Assembly: GCA_011620585.1 (NCBI GenBank)
Contig: WOYV01000111.1
Location: 81,544 to 145,543 of the forward strand
DNA length: 64,000 nucleotides
DNA from: Draconibacterium sp.
Lineage (GTDB): Bacteria; Bacteroidota; Bacteroidia; Bacteroidales; Prolixibacteraceae
Direction: 5' to 3'
Shown here: piece by piece, positions 56,104 through 64,000 of the stretch
Layout: every line of letters starts with the position of its first letter
Numbering within the stretch: the first letter of the stretch is position 1
Program-made: the position numbers and the translations under genes
Notes under the pieces: model-generated
The model's database searches: none
Told to the model about the DNA's origin: nothing
What the model saw: only the letters and a program-made list of their open reading frames with translations

Positions 56104-56520
56104 GCGTTCGAAATCGTTTACGGTTTCAGGCACGACGTATCGAACATAGTCGGCCAGCGCTTTTCGTTCAAATATATGTGGATCCCAGTCGCCTTTTTCC
56201 AAAGCACCGGCGTCTCCGGTCCAAACAAATATACAGGCGGTAATCTCCTCGCTGTTCACCTTCACTTTTATATCAACACAGGCATATTCGTCGCCTTCGA
56301 AAAAGCGAAGGGCTTCGAGTGAGCGCATATCTACGTTTAATAAAATTTTTCCTGAAACCTGTTCCCCTTCGAAGGGAACTACGGCGGGGTAGTCGTTGTT
56401 TTTTACTGCCCGGCGGACATAGTTTTGTAAAGTGGCATCTTGAGCCTCAAATTTGCGCCCGGTTAGACCCTCAACAATCTCGGGGAAAAGCAGCGATCCG
56501 TAAACAAAAACATGTTGCAT
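56092..56520 (-). CDS. Gamma-glutamylcyclotransferase (AIG2/GGACT-like) family protein
   Basis: N-terminal VFVYGSLLFPEIVEGLTG and YPAVVP...GKIL...L..FEGDEY pattern. The 3' end overlaps the convergent protease gene by 12 nt. Confidence 0.75.
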   Translation of the reverse strand: MQHVFVYGSLLFPEIVEGLTGRKFEAQDATLQNYVRRAVKNNDYPAVVPFEGEQVSGKILLNVDMRSLEALRFFEGDEYACVDIKVKVNSEEITACIFVWTGDAGALEKGDWDPHIFERKALADYVRYVVPETVNDFERLFS

Positions 56521-56589
56521 AAAACTCTGGAATTAAAAAGGATGCCCCAAATTTAACTGCTTCGTCTTTGCAAACCTCAAGTATTTCGG

Positions 56590-56597
56590 TATATTTG
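56590..56597 (+). promoter_or_regulatory. Bacteroidota -7 box (TAnnTTTG) upstream of the small membrane ORF/secDF
   Basis: TATATTTG at 56590-56597. This favours the ATG at 56662 over 56608 as the start of the downstream ORF. Confidence 0.45.
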
Positions 56598-56661
56598 CTC
56601 CGCTTTAATGAAAAGCGTGATATCGCTTCATCCTTACTTATTTAAGACCAGGTATTTGCGC

Positions 56662-57066
56662 ATGAAATTTGGAAAGATAAATATCTCAAAAGAGTGGCTC
56701 ATAAAACTGGCAGTATTTGCAGTACTGACGGTTGCAGCTGTTTTGATCGATGCTTATCTTGATAAAAATCCCGCTGAGATTAATACAGTTGAAAGCACAA
56801 CGAAAAATCAAAATTCCTGTCAGGGAGAAATGTATGTGCTGGCACAACCGGTAACTTTTTCAGCAAAAACTTTGGTGCAAAAAAACACCGAGCGCAAGAT
56901 TCAGATTGAAGCGCACAATAAGTTTTTAAGAAATTTTCACTCGGTACGAAACTTTCAGGTGTTTAAGGCAGAGGTAATCCATCAAACTACGCCAATTATC
57001 AATTCGTATCACTACCTGGTTTTTTTGAACCATCTTTTTTCTCCCGACGAAGATCCGCTTTCGTAA
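56662..57066 (+). CDS. Hypothetical single-pass membrane protein upstream of secDF
   Basis: MKFGKINISKEWLIKLAVFAVLTVAAVLIDAYL forms an N-terminal anchor. No family I recognise. Confidence 0.45.
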   Translation: MKFGKINISKEWLIKLAVFAVLTVAAVLIDAYLDKNPAEINTVESTTKNQNSCQGEMYVLAQPVTFSAKTLVQKNTERKIQIEAHNKFLRNFHSVRNFQVFKAEVIHQTTPIINSYHYLVFLNHLFSPDEDPLS

Positions 57067-57180
57067 GCCCTTTTCTTATCAAACGATAAGTTTAGCAGGA
57101 GTTTTCTGTCCTGTTAAAAGGCAATGAAATCAACGAAATTCAATAAATACATTAAAAACAAACATTAAAATTTATTCGAA

Positions 57181-60100
57181 ATGCAAAACAAGGGTGCAAT
57201 TTTAACTTTTGCAATTCTGCTGGCACTTGTTAGTCTTTACCAGTTATCGTTTACCTGGAAGGCAAAACAAATTGAAAAAGATGCCGTGGAATATGCACAG
57301 GGGGATTCGGGGAAAGAATTCCAATACCTCGACTCAATGAACAACGTGGTAGTTTACAACTTCCTCGGGCTGAAAAAATTTACTTACAAGGAGGTCCGCG
57401 GACTGGAACTGAACCTGGGTCTCGACCTTAAAGGGGGGATGAACGTTACCCTCGAGGTGGAAGTAAGAGACATTATCCGTGCGATGTCGAATTACAGCAC
57501 CGATGAAACGTTTGTAAAAGCGTTGGCCCGTGCCGACGAGTTGCGTAAAAACTCTCAGGACGATTATGTAACGCTATTCGGACGTGCCTTTGAAGAAATC
57601 GATCCGAACGCCAAACTGGCATCAGTTTTTAATACGCTTGAATTGCGCGACCGAGTGAATTTCAATACAACCAATGCTGAAGTACTGAACATCATTCGTG
57701 AAGAAACCAATGCCGCAATCGACAATGCATTTAACATTATCCGTACCCGTATCGACCGTTTTGGTGTGGCTCAGCCAAACATCCAGCATTTGCAAACACG
57801 CGGTCGTATTTTGGTTGAACTTCCCGGTGTAAAAGACCAATCAAGGGTCCGTACACTGTTACAGGGAACTGCCAACCTCGAATTCTGGGAAACCTACGAA
57901 AATCAGGAAGTTTATCCGTTTTTGCTTCAGGCCAACGAAAGAATTAAAGAACTGGAAGACCTGAAAACGGCTAACGAACCTGTAGAATCAAGCGACGAAA
58001 CTGCCAGCACAGAAGCCGATACTACCAAAACTGAAAATAGTTTGCTGGCTGAAATGGAAGCCGAAAAAGCAGATTCGTCGGCTACCGGAATCGATAACCT
58101 GGCCGATTTCCAAAAACAATATCCACTTTTTGCGGTACTGAATCCAAGCACCGACCAAAGCGGTCAGTTGTTCCCAGGGCCGGCAATTGGTATTGCGCAA
58201 GCAAAAGATACTTCTAAAGTAAATGCATACCTGAACAGTCCCCAGGTAAAGAGCTTGTTCCCACGCGATATGATGTTTCGCTGGACAGCCAAATCGGTTG
58301 ACCAGGCAGGTAATTTTTATCGTTTGATCGCCATTAAGGTTACCACACGCGACGGGCGTGCCCCATTAACTGGCGATGTGATTACCGATGCCCGGCAGGA
58401 TTACGACCAGAGAGGATCGAACCCTGAAGTATCGATGCAGATGAACCCTGAAGGGGCAAAAATCTGGCAACGCATGACCAAGGAAAACGTGGGCAAATCA
58501 ATTGCTATTGTGCTTGATGGTTATGTTCGTTCGTTCCCAACCGTAAATGGTGAAATTCCGGGTGGACGTTCAAGCATCACCGGGTTGGAAAGTATTGAAG
58601 AAGCGCAAGACCTTGCCAACGTGCTGAAGTCGGGTAAAATGCCTGCTCCTGCACACATCGTTGAAGAGCAGATTGTAGGTCCTTCACTGGGTGCCGAATC
58701 AATCCGTTCGGGGATGCTTTCATTTGTGTTCGCTTTTATAGGAGTTTTGATTTACATGTTGTTCTTCTATAGTAAAAAAGCGGGTTTAACGGCCAATATT
58801 GCATTGATATCCAACTTATTTTTCTTGTTCGGCGTACTTGCTTCGCTGGGTGCCGTTCTCACTTTGCCGGGTATCGCCGGTATCGTACTTACCATGGGTA
58901 TGGCGGTGGATGCCAACGTAATTATTTACGAAAGGATACAGGAAGAATTACGAGCCGGTAAAGGAGTGAAGCTGGCTATTTCGGACGGTTATAAAAACGC
59001 ATATTCGGCCATTATCGACGGACAGGTAACTACTTTCCTTACCGGTTTTGTGCTTTACTTGTTTGGTTCGGGACCTATCAAAGGTTTTGCTACCACTTTG
59101 ATGGTGGGTATTGCAACCTCATTGTTCACTGCTATTTTTATTACCCGTTTGGTTTTCGAATGGCAACTTGGAAAAGGCAAGAACATCTCTTTCACCTCGA
59201 AAATTACTTCGAACTGGTTGGTTAATCCGGGAGTTAAATTTATCGATAAACGAAAAATAGCATACGTCATTTCAGGAACTTTGATCGCGGTTTCGTTAAT
59301 TTCATTTGTAACCCGTGGCTTTAATCTTGGAGTTGACTTCCAGGGTGGGCGTACTTACACGGTTCGGTTTGATCAGGACGTGAAGGTAGCTGATGTACAG
59401 AGTGCGCTTGCCGTAGAATTGGGTTCTGCCCCCGAAGTAAAAACTTTTGGTTCCGACAACCAGGTTCGTATTGTTACTAAATATAAAATCGAAGACCTTT
59501 CGGAAAATGTTGACAACGAAGTGGACCAGGCCTTGTACGATGGTTTGAAAAACGGAGGATTTCTCGGGGATGTTTCTTTCCAAAACTTTATCGAGAATTA
59601 CCGTTTGAGCTCTCAAAAAGTTGGACCGACTATTTCAGACGATATTCAGAAAGATGCTGTAATTGCAATTGTATTTGCGCTGTTGGCGATCTTCCTGTAT
59701 ATTTTGGTTCGTTTTAGCAACTGGAAATACGGTTTGGGCGGTGTTATTTCGCTTGCTCACGATACCATCATCACACTGGGTTTTTTCTCCTTGCTTCACG
59801 GAATTGTTCCGTTCTCGCTCGAGATCGACCAGGCATTTATTGCGGCCATCCTTACGGTGATTGGTTACTCGATCAACGACAGTGTGATTGTTTACGACCG
59901 TATCCGTGAATTCCTGAAGATACACCCGAAACGCGATCTGAAACAAAATATGGACGATGCCATGAACAGCACTTTACGCCGCACCATGAACACCTCGCTT
60001 ACTACGCTGGTAGTATTGCTGGTGATCTTTATTTTTGGTGGCGCCAATCTCCGCGGATTTGTTTTCGCACTGTTGATAGGTATTGCCGTGGGTACTTATT

Positions 60101-60186
60101 CATCGATTTTTGTTGCTTCGCCAATTGTTTACGAAACAGCTAGCAGGGTAAATAAAATTGTTGCCAAACGCAAAGCAAAAGCTTAA
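57181..60186 (+). CDS. secDF: Protein translocase subunit SecDF (fused)
   Basis: 1001 aa. SecD N-terminal TM plus a large periplasmic domain (LGLDLKGGMNVTLEV, IVLDGYVRSFPTVNGEIPGGRSSITG), 12 TM helices in total, and the SecF block (GVDFQGGRTYTVRF, VIVYDRIRE). Confidence 0.95.
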   Translation: MQNKGAILTFAILLALVSLYQLSFTWKAKQIEKDAVEYAQGDSGKEFQYLDSMNNVVVYNFLGLKKFTYKEVRGLELNLGLDLKGGMNVTLEVEVRDIIRAMSNYSTDETFVKALARADELRKNSQDDYVTLFGRAFEEIDPNAKLASVFNTLELRDRVNFNTTNAEVLNIIREETNAAIDNAFNIIRTRIDRFGVAQPNIQHLQTRGRILVELPGVKDQSRVRTLLQGTANLEFWETYENQEVYPFLLQANERIKELEDLKTANEPVESSDETASTEADTTKTENSLLAEMEAEKADSSATGIDNLADFQKQYPLFAVLNPSTDQSGQLFPGPAIGIAQAKDTSKVNAYLNSPQVKSLFPRDMMFRWTAKSVDQAGNFYRLIAIKVTTRDGRAPLTGDVITDARQDYDQRGSNPEVSMQMNPEGAKIWQRMTKENVGKSIAIVLDGYVRSFPTVNGEIPGGRSSITGLESIEEAQDLANVLKSGKMPAPAHIVEEQIVGPSLGAESIRSGMLSFVFAFIGVLIYMLFFYSKKAGLTANIALISNLFFLFGVLASLGAVLTLPGIAGIVLTMGMAVDANVIIYERIQEELRAGKGVKLAISDGYKNAYSAIIDGQVTTFLTGFVLYLFGSGPIKGFATTLMVGIATSLFTAIFITRLVFEWQLGKGKNISFTSKITSNWLVNPGVKFIDKRKIAYVISGTLIAVSLISFVTRGFNLGVDFQGGRTYTVRFDQDVKVADVQSALAVELGSAPEVKTFGSDNQVRIVTKYKIEDLSENVDNEVDQALYDGLKNGGFLGDVSFQNFIENYRLSSQKVGPTISDDIQKDAVIAIVFALLAIFLYILVRFSNWKYGLGGVISLAHDTIITLGFFSLLHGIVPFSLEIDQAFIAAILTVIGYSINDSVIVYDRIREFLKIHPKRDLKQNMDDAMNSTLRRTMNTSLTTLVVLLVIFIFGGANLRGFVFALLIGIAVGTYSSIFVASPIVYETASRVNKIVAKRKAKA

Positions 60187-60205
60187 AAGCTTGTTACGAT
60201 AAATG

Positions 60206-60238
60206 AAAATCCGGCCGGTTCTCCGTGCCGGATTTTTT
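60206..60238 (+). terminator. Rho-independent terminator after secDF
   Basis: AAAATCCGGC / GCCGGATTTT stem, 11-nt loop and a T6 tract. Confidence 0.8.
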
Positions 60239-60353
60239 GTGCCGTTGTTATGGTAAGGGGCCCGAACTCTCCGAAGAGTCCGGATCCCTTTTTAGATAGA
60301 CTTCCGTAGTCTAATTTTCTTACGTCTTCCGACTCTCAACTTCTGTCTTTTTT

Positions 60354-60361
60354 TATCTTTG
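60354..60361 (+). promoter_or_regulatory. Bacteroidota -7 box (TAnnTTTG) upstream of tatA
   Basis: TATCTTTG lies 20 nt upstream of the tatA ATG. Confidence 0.45.
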
Positions 60362-60380
60362 TGTTCTAAATAGAAAAACA

Positions 60381-60647
60381 ATGCACAATTTATTATTCAT
60401 AAGTGGTGGGGAATTGGTTTTGGTGATGCTGCTGGCATTGTTGTTTTTTGGTTCGAAAGCCATTCCGGATATTGCCCGAACCCTGGGGAAGGGGATGCGT
60501 GAATTCAAAAAAGCTACCAACGAGATCAAACGCGAACTGAATGACTATACTTCAGATATCAAAAAAGATATTGACGAAGTTTCATCTTCTGTTACCAGGG
60601 AAACTACGGAAATGAAGAATAAAATTCAGGATAACCTGAAAGATTGA
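60381..60647 (+). CDS. tatA: Twin-arginine translocase TatA/TatE family subunit
   Basis: GGELVLVMLLALLFFGSKAIPDIARTLGKGMREFKKA gives the TM helix, hinge Gly and amphipathic helix. 88 aa. Confidence 0.85.
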   Translation: MHNLLFISGGELVLVMLLALLFFGSKAIPDIARTLGKGMREFKKATNEIKRELNDYTSDIKKDIDEVSSSVTRETTEMKNKIQDNLKD

Positions 60648-60678
60648 TATCAGTCCAACACCTAAATTTCCTTGTTTG

Positions 60679-61761
60679 ATGATAATTGTATACACATTGA
60701 TTTTGCTGCTCAGCTTTGTAATTCTGGCGCGCATTGTCGATTTGTTTTTTATCTCTTCTCTCGACGAAATTTCAAAAGACCTTAAATTATCGAGCGATGC
60801 AGCTGGCGCCACTTTAATGGCGGTTGGATCAAGTGCCCCCGAGTTGTTTGTGGCTTTGTTCTCGGTGCTTAAACCCGGCGAACACCAGGCCATCGGGATT
60901 GGAAGTATTGTGGGGAGTGCAATTTTCAATTTGTTGGTGATTGTTGGGGCTGCCGCAGTGGTGAAAAAGGCAAAACTTAGCTGGGAGCCACTGGTTCGCG
61001 ATCTGTTTTTCTATGCCGTTTCGGTTGGATTGCTCGTAAGTTTTATCTGGGATGGAAAATTCACCATGTTGGAAGCGACAGTGTTTTTGGTCGTTTATGT
61101 TTTGTACGTGATCGCGGTGGTTTATTGGCGCCGCTGGTTGCCTTACGAAGATACCGGCGACGATTTTATAGACGAGCCTATCAGGAAAAACAAGAAAGCT
61201 TCTTCACGGTATTATGCCTTACATTTTATTTCGCTCAAACATTTTACCGGGCTAATTGATGGGACACTAAATTTTCTTTTCCCGAAAAAGGAAAGGTATT
61301 ACCTCGTATTTCTGACGTCGATTGTGTTGATTGCCGGGCTAAGTTATGTACTGGTAGAAGTGGCGGTTGAATCGGCGCACATTCTACAAATACCGGAGGC
61401 AATAATTGCACTCACCGTGCTGGCAGTTGGAACTTCGGTACCCGATTTATTTTCTTCGATTATCGTGGCGCGCCAGGGACGTGGCGACATGGCGGTGAGC
61501 AATGCAATTGGGTCAAATATCTTTGATATTTTGGTAGGACTCGGACTTCCGTTTATGATCGTGATGTTACTCGGTGGTTCAGCCATTGAAGCTGGAGGGA
61601 ATATCATCCGTTCGGTAATCATTCTTTTTGGTTCTTTGTTGTTACTGGTCTTCCTTTTATTGATACGGCGCTGGAAAGTGGGAAAATCAACCGGTATAAT
61701 ACTGATTATAACGTATATTGCATACGTGTTCTACGAGGTCTATAAAGTGTATCAGCATTAA
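60679..61761 (+). CDS. Calcium/sodium antiporter (CaCA family, YrbG-like)
   Basis: Two alpha-repeats, GATLMAVGSSAPELF and LAVGTSVPDLFSS, with about 10 TM helices. ATG at 60679. Confidence 0.85.
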   Translation: MIIVYTLILLLSFVILARIVDLFFISSLDEISKDLKLSSDAAGATLMAVGSSAPELFVALFSVLKPGEHQAIGIGSIVGSAIFNLLVIVGAAAVVKKAKLSWEPLVRDLFFYAVSVGLLVSFIWDGKFTMLEATVFLVVYVLYVIAVVYWRRWLPYEDTGDDFIDEPIRKNKKASSRYYALHFISLKHFTGLIDGTLNFLFPKKERYYLVFLTSIVLIAGLSYVLVEVAVESAHILQIPEAIIALTVLAVGTSVPDLFSSIIVARQGRGDMAVSNAIGSNIFDILVGLGLPFMIVMLLGGSAIEAGGNIIRSVIILFGSLLLLVFLLLIRRWKVGKSTGIILIITYIAYVFYEVYKVYQH

Positions 61762-61770
61762 AAACAAACT

Positions 61771-62421
61771 TTGATTAAAGCTAAAAACATACGGAAATCG
61801 TTTGGGCAACTTGAAGTGTTGAAAGGAATTGATCTGGAAATTCCGGGCGGGAAAATTTATTCGATTGTTGGAGCCAGCGGTGCCGGTAAAACTACGCTTT
61901 TACAGATTTTAGGAACCCTAAGTAAGCCCGACACGGGTGAAATTTGGTTTGGCGAGAAGAAGGTTTCATCCATGAGCGAAAACCAACTGGCAGCTTTCCG
62001 AAACAGCGAAATCGGTTTTGTTTTTCAATTTCATCACTTACTTCCCGAATTTACCGCGCTCGAAAATGTGTGTATTCCGGCATTTATTGCGAAAACTCCA
62101 CGGGCGAAGGCCGAAACAAAGGCAAAGGGACTATTGGAATATCTGGGTCTGGCAGAACGAATGGAACACAAACCGTCGGAACTTTCGGGGGGAGAAAAAC
62201 AACGGGTAGCCATGGCACGTGCGCTCATAAATAATCCAACGGTAGTAATGGCCGACGAACCATCGGGTAACCTCGACAGCAATAACCGCGACGAGTTGCA
62301 CGAGTTGCTTTTTAAACTTCGTGACGAAATGAAACAGACCTTTATAATTGTTACACACGATGATCATTTTGCTGAACGGTCGGATAAAATTCTGCACATT
62401 AAAGACGGAATTATTGGGTAA
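61771..62421 (+). CDS. ABC transporter ATP-binding protein (LolD/MacB-type, COG1136)
   Basis: TTG start. Walker [13 protein letters not shown]-loop FVFQFHHLL, signature [15 protein letters not shown] and Walker [13 protein letters not shown]. Confidence 0.85.
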   Translation: MIKAKNIRKSFGQLEVLKGIDLEIPGGKIYSIVGASGAGKTTLLQILGTLSKPDTGEIWFGEKKVSSMSENQLAAFRNSEIGFVFQFHHLLPEFTALENVCIPAFIAKTPRAKAETKAKGLLEYLGLAERMEHKPSELSGGEKQRVAMARALINNPTVVMADEPSGNLDSNNRDELHELLFKLRDEMKQTFIIVTHDDHFAERSDKILHIKDGIIG

Positions 62422-62474
62422 CTGTTATCTTCTCAAACTTCTAACGGATTTAGTATCTCTTTAATTCAGCCGGC

Positions 62475-63239
62475 ATGAACATCGAAAATTTAAAGGAATT
62501 TCTTGATGAAAAGGTTGAAATTTATAACCGTCCCGATTTTATTGAAAGCGACCCGATTCAGGTGGCAAAACGCTTCTCGGATAAAGAAGATATTGAAATT
62601 GCCGCATTTCTTACCGCTACTATTTCGTGGGGGAACCGCCCCGCCATTATCAAAAATGCACTTCGGATGATGGAGTTGCTCGATAACAGTCCGGGTGATT
62701 TTATCATAAATGCTGCGGAAGTGGAAACAGAACGCTTGCGCAAGTTTGTACACCGTACTTTTAACGGCGCCGACCTGGTGTATTTTGTTGGTTCGTTGCA
62801 AAATATTTACAAACGCCATGGTGGATTACAGAAGGCATTTGAAACCGGATTTCAGAATTCAGGAACAGTTTATGGTGCGCTTGAAAATTTTCACCGGATA
62901 TTTTTTGAAGTAAGAGGAGAACGCACCCGAAAGCATGTTTCGGATGTAGCGAAAGGCGCTTCGGCTAAACGCCTGAATATGTTCCTGCGGTGGATGTGCC
63001 GCCACGACAGGGCTGGCGTTGATTTTGGTTTATGGAGCGAAATTCCGCAGTCGGCACTGATGTTGCCACTCGATCTACATACCGGGAATGTGGGACGAAA
63101 ACTAGGGCTGCTTCAACGTCGTTCCAACGATTGGAAAGCAGTGGAAGAAATTACCGCTTCACTCCGAAACTTCGATTCCAATGATCCGGTAAAATACGAT
63201 TTTGCCCTCTTTGGGTTAGGGGTTTTTGAGAAATTTTAA
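62475..63239 (+). CDS. TIGR02757 / DUF2400 family protein
   Basis: 254 aa. PDFIESDPIQV, IEIAAFLTATISWGNR, RHDRAGVDFGLW and LMLPLDLHTGNVGRKLGLL resemble the TIGR02757 pattern as I remember it. Confidence 0.55.
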   Translation: MNIENLKEFLDEKVEIYNRPDFIESDPIQVAKRFSDKEDIEIAAFLTATISWGNRPAIIKNALRMMELLDNSPGDFIINAAEVETERLRKFVHRTFNGADLVYFVGSLQNIYKRHGGLQKAFETGFQNSGTVYGALENFHRIFFEVRGERTRKHVSDVAKGASAKRLNMFLRWMCRHDRAGVDFGLWSEIPQSALMLPLDLHTGNVGRKLGLLQRRSNDWKAVEEITASLRNFDSNDPVKYDFALFGLGVFEKF

Positions 63240-63262
63240 TCTTTGCTACTTTGCGTGAAATT

Positions 63263-63976
63263 ATGGGCAAAAACAATTATTTTCAGTTTAAACAATTCCG
63301 GATCGAGCAGCAACGTTCGGCAATGAAAGTGGGAGTTGATGGCGTTTTACTTGGTGCCTGGGCCGAGGTTTCACAGGTAAAAACTATTCTTGACGTGGGT
63401 ACCGGCACCGGACTTATTGCACTGATGATGGCGCAACGCTCTGCAGCCCAAATTACTGCCATTGAAATTGAACAAAACGCGGCACAGGAAGCGACCGAAA
63501 ATGTAGTCTCATCTCCATGGAAGGGCCGTGTTAAAGTGCTTCACACTTCTTTTCAGGAATTTGCCAAAACCAGTTCACAAAAGTTTGATTTGATAGTTTC
63601 GAACCCGCCATTTTTTAGCAAAGCTTCGAAAGCTGCCAACAATGAACGAACACTGGCCCGCCACAACGATTCGCTGCCATTCGATGAGCTGATGAAATTT
63701 GCTCCAGCCTTGCTAAACGGACCGGGAAGTCTTACGATGATTATCCCCGCAGAGACATTCGCCGAACTGGATAGTTTGGCTTTGCATAACCAGCTTTACC
63801 TCAAGCAGGTCACGGAAGTTCAACCCAAGCCTTCGAAAAAGGCAAACCGGAGACTTGTTCAGTGGTCAAAAACCAAACAGGAAGTCAATTCAGATAAGCT
63901 GGTTATCTACGAAAATGATGGCTCCTTCACAAAGGAATATATCGCTTTGACCCGCGATTTCTATCTCAAATTTTAA
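63263..63976 (+). CDS. tRNA1(Val) (adenine37-N6)-methyltransferase (YfiC/TrmN6-like)
   Basis: FQFKQFRIEQQRSAMKVGVDGVLLGAWA, SAM motif ILDVGTGTGLIALMMAQR and catalytic VSNPPFF. ATG at 63263. Confidence 0.85.
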   Translation: MGKNNYFQFKQFRIEQQRSAMKVGVDGVLLGAWAEVSQVKTILDVGTGTGLIALMMAQRSAAQITAIEIEQNAAQEATENVVSSPWKGRVKVLHTSFQEFAKTSSQKFDLIVSNPPFFSKASKAANNERTLARHNDSLPFDELMKFAPALLNGPGSLTMIIPAETFAELDSLALHNQLYLKQVTEVQPKPSKKANRRLVQWSKTKQEVNSDKLVIYENDGSFTKEYIALTRDFYLKF

Positions 63977-64000
63977 ATAATAAAGAAAAACGGCTGGTAG

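Noticed and set aside
60240-60340. GC-rich segment GGGCCCGAACTCTCCGAAGAGTCCGGATCCC upstream of tatA as an RNA element
   Set aside because: Only short, imperfect pairing (ACTCT/AGAGT plus flanks) is present and I recognise no motif. It may be part of the secDF terminator region or the tatA promoter.
1-64000. Search for CRISPR arrays, tRNA/rRNA genes, transposases, integrases and prophage genes
   Set aside because: Visual scanning of intergenic regions and the ORF translations found no regularly spaced direct repeats, no GGTTCGAATCC-type T-arm signatures, no rRNA-like stretches and no DDE or tyrosine-recombinase-like ORFs.

Overview
The window looks like a chromosomal segment of a Bacteroidota genome. 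Supporting this are two SusC/SusD pairs, many lipoprotein signal peptides, TAnnTTTG-type -7 promoter boxes and a fused SecDF. The order-level origin cannot be determined from sequence alone. I found no rRNA, tRNA, CRISPR array, transposase or integrase.

Main content, left to right:
- An ImmA/IrrE protease plus PIN-like nuclease pair, cut by the left window edge.
- A TetR-headed minus-strand operon: metallophosphoesterase, NAD(P)-binding protein, CPBP protease.
- A polysaccharide utilisation locus (about 6.7-23.8 kb). It has a divergent propeller/YYY-LuxR membrane regulator, susC/susD, a double-LamG lipoprotein, two tandem GH144-like paralogues, a GH43-discoidin protein and a GH3. I infer a beta-1,2-glucan-type substrate.
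- Housekeeping genes: mtnA-mtnP, dodecin, galE, rfbB, rpsP-rimM, mscL, tsaC, mdh, secDF, tatA, a CaCA antiporter, an ABC ATPase and a tRNA methyltransferase.
- An unusual PNPOx-like::UbiA prenyltransferase fusion next to a fold-type III PLP decarboxylase.
- A second, orphan susC/susD pair with no enzymes or regulator nearby.
- A small cluster of uncharacterised lipoproteins with a retropepsin-like protease.

A recurring theme is gene decay. There is a MacB/MacA-type efflux operon reduced to fragments beside an intact TolC, a nitroreductase stump, a probably internally deleted GH172/DUF2961 gene, and a frameshifted DUF218-like gene.

All family assignments come from motif recognition by eye. 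None has been verified by HMM or BLAST.
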